A DNA stretch of 64,000 bases, taken from Lama glama. Lineage: Eukaryota. The DNA lies in contig CM052817.1 of assembly GCA_028534125.1 (NCBI GenBank), forward strand, positions 78,742,001 through 78,806,000, written 5' to 3'. Position 1 is the stretch's first letter. Each line of letters starts with the position of its first letter. The translations under genes were made by a program, and so were the position numbers. Of this stretch, positions 10,701-22,700 are shown one piece after another. Under the pieces are notes generated by a model, which worked only from the letters and a program-made list of their open reading frames with translations, ran no database searches and had not been told where the DNA came from.

Positions 10701-13700
10701 TACATTAATTGTACTAATGTACAATAATGTTACATTATTTTGCTCCCTCAACTGTTGAAGAGACAAATTTTGACAAGACATCAGACTTCTTCCAACTGAG
10801 TAAGTACTGATGGTTTGTATTTGGTTACTGCTATTTCAGATTGCAACAATCATACTACTTTCAAAGATTTTAGAGAGGCAGCTGGTAGCTTTTAGATTTG
10901 GAGATGAATAAGAAATTGGGATTCAAACTATCACCATTCTATAAATATTCAGATCCAATCACAAGCCTCTGAGACATATATTTTACAGAAAGGCAATTTC
11001 TATTTACTAATACTATTTCTTACAGACTGATCTGATGAGTTTTTAAAATTATTGATAACAATATGAATAGTAATAAAAATGTGAATAAGAGACAAACTAA
11101 ACACTTACAGTATATTCAAAAGTTTATCTCGATAATAGGAATTAAAGTTAGAGAATTTATCAAAACTGTTATCATCTGAGTCACTTTGCAGCTTTCCTGC
11201 TGAAGAATACTTAAAAACCTTCAGACATATTTCTGCCTCCATTCCCAGCAAATTTTATCACTAACCTTCACAGAAGATTGAGGGAATGAGGGAATGAGGG
11301 AAAAGAAGATTTCTGGTACATTCACCAAAAGTGTGAAAATTCAAGTTCAGTCCAGGTGTTATTTTTCAAATACAACTAGGAATGAAAAAACTTATTGAAT
11401 AATAATTTTATGATCCAGACTCCCTGGAAAGAGGATGTGAAGGTGAAACTCATTCTGACTCCATGTAGGCAGAGCCCATAAGGGCCAACAAAGATGTGGG
11501 CACGGTTCTGACACGTCCTCCAGCACAAGCTAGACTGACAGTCTCCAAGCAGGTATACAATGGGGACAAGCAAAGAACCTTCTGAGGGCACACTCAGATT
11601 GGTTCATGGGAATCAATTTCAGATCTTCTATTTCCAAACATACACTTCTTGAAAATTCCACTGCCTAAAAGGATGCCTGAGGTTGAAGTGTCATGCTGGG
11701 TCTACATTTTCAGTTCCTCTTTCATAATCACTTTTTGTTCAATTTTCACACCTTATGTCTCTCATCTCATTATGGGGCACCAAGGAAAGAGAAGGTTCAA
11801 ACTACTGAGGTCAGTGAAACCACTGATCGAGGTGCCATTAATCCATGAAGAGGCTTTATGCTTTTCCCTGTATTAAATGTATTTCTATTCAGGGTAAAGG
11901 TTGGCATTAGAACAAAGGTGTTTTGGCAGGTAATGAGATGTTGTGAATTCGCATTTTCCATACAGTGAAGGGGTAGAAGTGATGACGGCTTTAACTTAGC
12001 CACCTCATTGCTTCCATCCCCTGAAAGTCATCGAATGCTTCCCTCCTGAGAGAGAGCCCAGCAAGAGCGAAGCATAGAGAACATCGGTGGAAATGGTGGA
12101 GTCGGTGGCGCTTCACGCTGTGCGTGCTCGCACCCCCAATCATAGAATTTAGGAGCGAGAAGGTAGCAGTGGGAATGCATATTAATACACTTATTTAATC
12201 CGTGAAATGAAATCATACTTTTTCTGGACAGGAAGAAAATCTGATTTGGCTGATCTGTCTGCCAGAGAGGGCTGGCTTTGCCAATTAGATTATATGCATT
12301 TTCTATAAACTGAATGAGTTAAATAAAATATATTCAGGGCAGATGATAAAATAATTTTATTTAAAAAATGGACAAGTCTCCTTGTGTTCTATGGGCCAGA
12401 AATGGACCCCACAAGGGGAATTGCGTGGGGTCACTTATGAAAGGGCTCCATTGGTATGGATTTCCTGCTAAGGGTAAAGGCAGCCTCAGAAAGGGGCAGG
12501 CCACGGGCCGTTGTGTGTGGCAGCTGAAAGGTCTTTGTGAGCAGCCGGCTAGAGAAGGGAGTAGCAGTCAGAAGCTTCAGTGGTGTTACTGTGAGAAACC
12601 CTAGAAGGAAAGACTGAATCATGGGGAACAGTCATGTGCAGAGGGCATCACTACCAGAGGACGGCTGCCCTTTCTCTCCCCCTCCTCTCCTCCCCAGCTC
12701 CCAGGGAGCCAGAGGCAGCCAACTGAATGGGGGGAGAAAGAGAACTCAAGGTTAAGGAAACCGAAGAAGAGAATCATATCCCTTCTCCATATTTTAGGAT
12801 TCTAGCCGAAAAATGGCTCACACTGGGGGAAGAAAGATGTTTTAAATTGATTGAGAATGTGGACTCTCATGATTGATTGTGCCACTGGATTGCACATTTT
12901 GATAAAAGAATTAATGCTGTTCCATGACTTGTCTTGTCACTGTTCTTGTGGCCAAAAGTGACCAGAAGAATTTTATTATCTGACTGACTGGAAGAGGCAT
13001 AGGGCCCACTCAAAGTTTCATCCAGGGCACTTCAGCAGAGGACTGGGAAGTCGTCAGATTGCGTTCTTACAGGTGGCAAGAGACAGACCTCTGCTCTTAC
13101 CTGTGGAGCCCAGCTTATTCAGTGTATGAGTTGCACTAAACTCAAATCAAGCTGCTTTCTAAACATACCCTTGCCTGAGAGCTTGTCTGATATCCTTGCT
13201 GGTGGGCACCGAGCGCCCAGGAAAGCTTCACATTTGCCTACGTCAATTTAAAAAGGTACAAAAGACATGTAGTTTTAAAAATCACCTTAGAGGGTAAGAC
13301 TACTGTCTGTGCTGGACCTCCCATGCACGAGGCGCTTAACTGTGCTTCAGTGGAGACAGTGGGTCACCAAAACCAACACAGTGCTTCCTTCACTGCGAAT
13401 CACCGCTGGAGGCTGATGAAGGGGAGAGTGGGATGGGATGATACGCTTACATGTTTCACTTCAAATTTCAATTTGTCAATGACTAGCAGGCAGGTGAGAA
13501 AGGGCTCATGAAGGCAAATCAACTAAGTAGATAGTTGGTTACGAAATTATGTGACTTCAAAGAAAACTCTACGGCAACCATCGAACTTTTAAAACATAAC
13601 AAGGCACTGAAGAACACTAGGAAAGGCATGTTCAGCTAGCGGGGAAAGGTAGAAAGTGACCCTGGAACATTCCATTTTAAGCATTAATGTCTTAGCAACA

Positions 13701-16700
13701 TAAGCTCAAGGAAGAGCTAGGTAAAGCAGAAAAAAAAATCTTAAAGCAAGTTATTTATTCCACTTGAAAAACCTCCAGTGAAATAATTGAGATCATAGAA
13801 ACTGGCTGCAATGCTCTTGCAGGAGAGAGAATAGCTATAATTAAGCTGAGGGGAGAGCATTTCAAGAGTATGATTACCAGTCCCAGCCCCGAATCTACCT
13901 CAAGTCGCTGCACGTGCCACATGGGCGAACCCACGATGACTGCCACCAGCCAGACCACACCTGTAAAAACGTTAAAAATAGTCAGACTGCAACTCAGCAA
14001 AGCAAAGTACACATGTGCTCAGTTCTCTAACCGTAAAGACCCCTTATATTCATCACTCACTCCACCCTGGAGCTCTGCAGTGGTCTCCTTACATGTTCTC
14101 ACTTCCACTCTTTCACCACCCTTAAAAGTGCTGCTGGAATAGTCTTCCTGAAGTCGGTTTTAAATGTGTAAAACATGCCTAAAGGATAAAACCCAAATCC
14201 CTTAAAATGGTCCCCGAGGTTCTCTGCAGTCCCACATGCCTCCCTGTCTCCGCTGACATTTCTGTTCCCATTCTTCACACCTGAGTCCTGCACTGAGGAA
14301 TTTACAGAGCTGGCTTCAGGTCCCACTTCCCAGAATGCATTGTGCTGCTCCATGTCTCGATGCTGTCACTCTGGACTGGCACCCTACTCCCCTCTCTATC
14401 TGGGGACTCATTTTCTAGGACTTGACTTACAAGTCACCTTCTCTTGGAAACCTTTGACGGCTACCACCATTTCCAGATAGAACTAACCACTAATTCCCTG
14501 TTGTCTCTATGTGCCCCGCAGAGCGGCACCCTTGTTGCCCTACTGCTTTCTAACAACTTCCTTTGAGCAAGGGCAATGCCGTTTACTTACTTACTTATTT
14601 AATTTCTCCAAATAAACTCCCAAGGGAAATTCCTGGCCCTCAGTAGGTGCTGCTCAAGTATCTACTGTTTGTTGAATGGAAGAATAACTTAAACATGATA
14701 TAAGCACCTTCTATAATTTCTTCTTAAAATTGAAAGTACATTTATCATCAGTATAATTATATGAACATCATATTCTTATTTACAAAACAAACACTTGTAA
14801 CATCAGAAACCAGGGCACTTTTTCCAAATGATTTGTCCTCCATAAGAGTTAGTTGAGGGAACTGCTTTAATGATATGTCCTCAACAAAGAACAAAAGAAT
14901 CTCATTGGACTAGGACAAGGCCAGAACCAAGAGCTCCAACGTTGATTTTTGTCTCCATGTAATTTTTTTTTTTTTGTCTCTTGGTTGATTTCCAGTTCCA
15001 TACTGTTGTGGTCAGAAAAGATGCTTGAAGTAATTTCTATCTCTGAAATTTATTGAGGCTTGTTTTGTGCCCTAGTATGTGGTTTAGCCGGTGCACACAC
15101 CAGCAGGTGCACATCTCAGGGTGCGTAGTGCAGTGCTGTGGCAGTTCTCTGTGCTGGTCCCTCGCTTCCCCGCCTGGTAGCACACCAGCTCTGCACACTC
15201 CTCTTGAACAAACTCCAGGCCACTCCAGCTCCCTATCTGCCCTGCAGACCTCTCAGGGGGTGAAGGAGGTTCCCAGGACAAGGGAACTTTTCCTCTTTCA
15301 CAGCTTGCTTCCGGGGCACAGGTCTCATCCCTACTCCTTTTTTCCCCTCTCCTTTCACTCTACTTGGTTATGTGGGATCTTTCTTGCCAGTTTGGTTGGA
15401 TAGGATACCTCCTGCCAGCTTTTAGTTGGCATTCTGTGAGAACTGCTCCACATGTAGGTGTATTTTTGTGGGGGGAGGTGAGCTCCACGTTCTTCTACTC
15501 CACCATCTTGATCTCCTCCCCAACACTGATTTAAAACAAAAATTTCCCAGCTCAAGCTCTGCTTGTTCATTCTATACTGAGTGAAATCCTTAAGAAAACA
15601 CTGTATTGCCTTGAGTTTCAAGGAACTGAGGCCCACTTAATCCATAATTGATGTTTGTTATAAAGAAACATAAGAACTGACACCACCTATAGAAGGTCAT
15701 TATGAATCAATGATTCAAGATAGTTGTAAGGCTTACAAATCAATGTCTCTGTCCCTGCCCCTCTCTCTCTCCTCATTGCTACACAATCTATTCTTTTCTA
15801 GTCCAGTCATTATTTTATTATGTTACCTTATGTTCAATCATTTTTCCAATATTTAGTAGAAGTTCTGGAGAAATTGAGTCTAGCTGGCTTGGCTCATTGC
15901 CAATGTTCTTGAATCCACTTTCCGCTCAGGGACAGAAGGGCTAGGGTTCTATGAACATATGAACATAACTGGTAGAATCTGTGAGCACATCTGGGCAAGA
16001 GTGTCTAGCATATCTCTGCTGGCTGGGGCCTGGGAGCCAGCAAGTCTCAGCTAGAAGGAGGTACTGGGCATGATAGACACTGGTTCCCAGTGTAACAGGG
16101 AGAGGGAGCTGTCACACGACACCGTAGGAAAGCCTCTAAGGGAGATGACGCTGCTTGATTTAAAAGCCTTTCTGTCTCCTACGACATTTTTGAGGAGGCA
16201 CTCCTTTAGCTGCCTGTTACCAACTTTGCTTTCGGTTGCTGAAATTCCCTCTCCTTCTCTTTCCTTTTTGAATAACTCCCCTCCTCCATGTATTCCTTCT
16301 CTAACTCTCTTTCCACACCCACATGCTGTTTTCAGATGTTCTGATGGTGGAAGGATGTCAATTATTAAAAGCCAAGAAGTCTTTGAATTCTTTGTAGGAA
16401 GGATGTGACATAAATTTGAAAACAATTGAAGCCAGTGATTTTTTTCCGTATTGGTTTAGCTATTTAAAATGAGTTCGGTGTTGCAAAGCCTTCAGGAGTT
16501 CTTTCTGTAATTCTACCGCCCCATGCTAGCTAAATTTTTACAGTAGAAACAACTGTTTAATCACTTCTCTCAAGTGAGATATTAGTAAAAAATTGCTCTC
16601 TTTGATTATTGCATTAGTTGCTCCTAAACTTCTGGTTATTCAGCTGTAATACATTCAAATCACGGAGAAGCACTTTAGGGTTTCAAATGGCTTGACTACA

Positions 16701-19700
16701 ATCATCAGAGAAATTCCTCAGTTTTCCTGTGCTAGGCTTTAGGACATTGCTTTAGGTTTACATTCATCAGGAGGCACGTGCTCATCATGACTTGCTGACT
16801 CGGGAATGGTTACAGCAAGCTGAGGCTTCAGGAATGCCTGAAGCAAAATAAGGGCAGGGACGGAATTTGTCATTGTCAGGCACCTCCAGCACTCAGCGCC
16901 CAGCGTTCGCATGAGCCCTGCGGCCGTCTACTGTTGCGCGCACACCACCGGGGCCACCTCTAGGCAGCACCCCTGTTCTCCATTTTCCTAAAGACAACTT
17001 TCCTGGCCTCTGTCAAAATCTACCTGCCTCCGCAAGGGCGCCTTGGCTCAGAGGCTCTAACCTCAGGATGACAGAGCACTAACCTAATGGATGTTAATAC
17101 GGCAGTGCCACCGATCGATTATCTTAGATCAGGTGAGAGTATAGCTTAAGTGGTTATAACGTAACTCAAAAAGTAAATCTGAGCAGAGAGATTTTCAGTG
17201 CTGGGGTAGGCCTGAAGGTGGGGGGGGGGAGTGGCAGAAAATGTGGACAGAACTGAAACCCTGAAATTAAACTCCAATGTCTACAAGATAGATGAGCGCT
17301 TACTCCACTGGTTTATGAATCACTTTGACGAAATTCTCTTTGTTCTGTAGTGAAGAATGGCATTAACTACTGCCACCGGCATGCCCTCACCTAGCATTGT
17401 GAAAGCCCTTCGGTTGGTGTATTGCCACTTCATTTTAAAAGGATGTACAAGTCCCTGGTGTCTTTCCACAGCAATGCAGGTCATTGTGAGTATTTCTGTC
17501 ACAATAGCAGTGGACTGGACAAACGGCACCATCTTGCAAATGAAGGCACCTGCAGCAAGGAAACAGGACAAGTTATATGGCAAAAAGAATGAAAAGCTTT
17601 ACCTGTGTCTTTGTAATTATCACAGTTAATTAATTCTGAGCCTCTGTTCAAAAGTATTACGACTATAATTACATTATAGATACAAAATAATTGAGAAAGG
17701 TTGCATTGACTAGTATTTTCTTTCCCTAAGTGGATTCCAAGTTTCTAAATTATGTGCAAATATGTATAACAGGACAATGAGAGGACAAGTAAGTATCTGG
17801 CCATTGATAATAGGCAGAAAAAAAACCAATGTTACCCTTGCTTGAGAAAAAACAAAGTCTTGGGGTCTAAACCACAGAGTAGTCTTTGATTCTTTCTTCC
17901 CTTTTGGTTTCTTGTCAAATCATAACAAAGGAATAATTGCCACCAAAGACACACAGATTTCTTCTTTTATCTTTTATTCTCCTTGACTTCCTGTCCAGAT
18001 AAGACCATTACCCTCTTAAATGATTTCACTTTCTCTAATGAAAGGTACCAAACTGGAGGCCCCTGGGCCAGATTTGGCCTGCAACCATGCTTTGTTTGAT
18101 TGACATAATTTAAAAAAAATTCAAATGCATTGCCCATATTTTAAAATGTTTCTGCTCTCTGTCTGGTCCCTTTACCATTAGTATATGTGAGCCTGGGTCT
18201 GACATCTCTGCTCTTGAACCCATTCTTCTCAACATTGCCAAATTAATTATTCTGAACTAGAAGAAAATACTATGCACAGAGAATATAAAAAGTTGGCAGA
18301 GACCGAAGTCCAAGCTCTCACTCAAAGCAGTAATCCTCTTTTCACCTCTTCTCCCAAATGTTCTGCCCAGCTTTGCTTAAATACCCACCGAGGAGGCTTC
18401 CTTGCTGGTACAATCCCTCCTCAGCCCTCACATGGCTTTTCCCTCTGCTTACAATATCCTTTCCCAGGAGAACATCCTCACACTCTTCACTGAAGTCTAT
18501 GCTCATTTGTCACCTTCTCAATGCGGCTGCCCGACCAGAGCAATCCTAGTGTAACTGCAGCCTGTCCCATTCCCGTCCCACCGTCTCTCATTCCTCACCT
18601 CTCTTATTCTACTCTCTTTTCATGACTCTTTCACATCCCAACATGCCATAAAATTTACTGATTTGTTTGTTTCATTGTTTATTGAAAGTTTCCCTACCCC
18701 TACTAGAATGTAAACACTCCAAGAGCATGGATTTTTGTCTGTTTTCTCATTGATGTCTTCCAAGAGTTTAGAATGGAACACAGAAGGCTCTCAGCCGACA
18801 TTCATTGAATATAACAGGATGAGTGACTAGGAGGCTCTTAACCCTGTAAGGGTGACTCCATTCAACTTTGGAGAGGATCTCATTGGAAAAAAGTACTTTT
18901 CAATAATTCTACCCACATCTAATTTTTCTTTCTGAGAGTTTTATAACTAACCGTCTTTTCCAAATAGTCCCTCTTTATATATTTAAAAGAAGCTTTCATG
19001 TCACTCTTATCTTTTCTAGTTGCTCCAGCTATTCCTCATTTGATACGCTTTTCAGATCTTTCAACCCCCCGGACACTTTCCACTAGACTTTCTACAGTTT
19101 GTGACTGTGTGGTCCAGAGGGGAATCCACCGTGCTCAGGATGTGGTCTGGCTAAGGCAGAAACTGTAAGGCATCCTGCCACCCCAAACCCAAATGCTCTC
19201 TTCTGTCAGTGTAACTGAAATTTACATTAGTTTTTTATGCTAGAATTTTCAAGTGGTTGGTTTCTGTTGAACTTGAAATCAACCTGAAATAAATTGGGTT
19301 CATTTAACAGAAAATGTCTATTAACTGAAGATTTCCTTACTTCCCATCCTGCGACTTAGGTGGGGGGAAATCACTTAGATATTGCTCGAGATACTTCCAT
19401 TCTAGTCCTTCTTGGAAGCTCCAAACAGCAACCTGAGAGCCCATCCCACACACTCCCAACCTCTGTTTCACTTCCTCAAATTCTAACCCTCTTCAAAGTT
19501 AAGGCTTTCCTTTCCAGCGAGGTAGTTTTGATACTAAGTGCAGGAATTTACTTTCAGTACTAAAATACTTCACTGCTTGAACACTGGTCATTCTGTGAAT
19601 GAATTGCTTACCTCGAATCTTATTCTGGATGTGATACTTGAATAAATGAATATGTGAATAAATTATTCATCTGGATATTTCTCCTATTCCTGTTTTTAAA

Positions 19701-22700
19701 AAAAATGCTTAGAATTTCTTTGATTCTTTCAGCCAAATTGTTTATAAAAATCCAAAAGTTGGACAGGCCAAAGTTAAAGGAACACCAGAAGAAACTTCCC
19801 ATGAAATGGACATGGATTCATCATCAACATATTTTAGGTGTAACTACCCAAACAAAAGTTATTGCTGCAGTGCTCACTGTAGTGTTATTGTAGAGCTCTC
19901 CATCCTAAATCTATTCATCTTGTCCATCACAGTAGCGTGGAGGGCTGGTCACCTGATTCCCTGCTATCAGAATACACTCTGGCCTTGATGCACTAATCTA
20001 TTAGTTAGCCACTCTGAACTTCAATTTCAGTATTTGCAAAAAGGGATTAATAATACCCACCTGTCGTAAGACCAATGTGGGTACTTCAGAAAATGACATA
20101 CGCATCCAGTACAGGCTATGTCCTTTAATAAATGGTAGCCTGATTAAATGAATTGAGGTGAATTCACTACACTTGGAGCTGATAGATTTTTTTTGTGACT
20201 AAACTGCCCATTAAAGGACGTCCAGTTCCAGAACCTTATTTCCCAGATAAAGATACTGCAACTCAAAGGAGTTCAGTGATATGCTTGTGTCCACACAGCT
20301 GCTGAGTGACAGAATGAGGGCCTGAACCAAGTCGTCTGACTCCAGTCCCCACTATGTCACCCTACTTTATTCATGCACATGGCAGTTTTCTTGTCTACAT
20401 GCTCGTAAATCAACTGTTTAATAATCCACTTGAGAATTTTGCACCAAGTGTAGTTCTATAACCTGTCATCTTACCCTTTTTATGAATCTAGACAGCATTT
20501 GCCCAACTCATTACTTCTGACATTTCTTCAATGAACTTTCTAAGAAATTACTGACAGTGTTTTCTTGATCACATCTTCCAGTTTCTTCAGTGCTGTGGCA
20601 AGTAATTTATCTAGGCTGAAGCTTTGAGTTCTTTTAGAAACAAATACATGCTCTTTTGCTATCTAATCACTTATATTGGATCTTTATTTTCATCCTAAAA
20701 ATCTTTGCTTTGCCCTTTTTCATTTGAAGATTGCTTTCCAAGGTCTAAAATACTGAAGCAAAATAGGCTTTGAAGAGCTTTGTTTTTTCTCTACCCGTCA
20801 TTAAATTTCTATCACTGATCTTCCCCGTCTTTTTCAGCTCCTTATTCTGGTAATCTCTCTGACTCCTTAGTCAGCTTGCTCAACAGTTTAGCCTTCCCAA
20901 GATGAATGGAAGAGGTCTCAGTTATTTTGCAAGAATGTGTCCTTTGTGATATTTCTTCTCATAAATGGCAATTTCAAGCTGGGATAATCCTAAAATTCCC
21001 CATATAGCGCACTGTTTTCTTGGGATGTCCTTCCCTTTTTTCCTTCTGGGATTATCTGATTTTAATGTAACAGTTGCGTTCCTGAGAGCCTGCCTGGAAT
21101 GACTATTTCTTATATTTCAATTGTCCAACATCTATCTTCATTTCCTAAGAGTGACACAGTTTCCTCTGGCACATGAACTCTCCGCTGTGCAGGCAGGTTA
21201 GGTACGAGGCCCTATTAAGGAAGACAAGACAGAAACAAGATGGATATTCACCAAGACTCTATCAGCTCCAAAGGTGTCAAAGTTAGCTCAATTCTTTTAA
21301 TCTGTTGAAAGAGTGCAATGAAGAGGGAAGGGAGGTGTGAGGTGGTGCAGTCCCGTGTTCACCAGATCGTCAGCATTAACAGACAACTGCTTAGTGACTG
21401 CTGCTGACCTCTAAGCACCCTTGGTCCCTGCCTACTGCAGGCCCATTCCACCAGCTTCACACTGGTCCCGGGAGCTTCCAGCATCCTTCCAGGACATCCC
21501 CTTCTATTAAGCTACTCAGCTATCTATTGTTGCTTGTAACCATGTACATTTATTTGAACACTTCTCTTTTACTACTTTTTCTCTGAAAGGCATGTTTCGT
21601 AAAATGTAGGATACTCTCTGGCCAACTTTACTTCTGTGTCTATTGTAAGTTCTGAGAAAACACAGTCCAAATCCTATACTACAGTTTGCCTCCCTATTGT
21701 TACTGCTTCCATTTCTGCTATGTCGTCCCCTTGCATAGAAAATTACAATAATTCTCCTTTGCCTACTGGATTAAGAACAAATGCTTTGGTTAAGTATTTA
21801 TTGCCTTATATTTCCAACCTTAACTTATTTATACAACTTTATTTTCCAGTACAGAGTATCTTTGCGCTAGACATGAATGGTGTCCACCCCCCTATCTACC
21901 CACACCTGTCCTCACCTCCCACCATACTCAGTGCAAGTCTCAATGATTTACATAGAAATGAGACCTCATTATTTCTAAAAGTGATGCTTAGAAATTTAAA
22001 TAATTTAGCCAGTATTTTTTTCCACCCTAGCATAATAGTGACTTTAAAAAGGATCCATCAACAGGTGCCTGGATAAAGAAGTTGTGGTGTATTTATACAA
22101 TGGAATACTACTCAGCTATAAAAAAGAATAAAATAATGCCATTTGCAGCAACATAGATGGACCTGAAGATCATCATTCTAAATGAAGTAAGCCAGAAAGA
22201 TAAAGGAAAATTACCATATATCATATCATATGGTATCATATTACCATATGATATCATATGTGGAATCTAAAAGAAATAAAAAAGAGGATAAACAAATAGA
22301 CTCACAAACATAGTAAACAGTCTTATGGCCACCAGGGGAAAGGGGGTGGGAAGAGATACATTTGGGAGTTTGGGATTTGCAAATGTTAGCCACTATATGT
22401 AAAAATAGATTTTAAAAAATAAATTTCTTCTATATAGCACAGGGAACTATATTCAATATATTTAATGAAAACAAATATATGTATGTATATGCATGACTGA
22501 GACATTGTGCTGTACACCAGAAATTGATACATTGTAACTGATAATACTTCAATTAAAAAATAAATAGTAAAACATTTTTAAAAGGATCCAAGTGGAAAGG
22601 ACAGAGTGAAAAGAACAGAGTATTCATACTTAGAAAAGAATAAAAACATTCTTTTATTAATTTAGAAAATGATATAATGAGTTATAATTGCATGAAATTA

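Noticed and set aside
17134..17160. gagagtatagcttaagtggt resembling a tRNA/SINE 5' end
   Set aside because: No B box, cloverleaf, tail or TSD follows.
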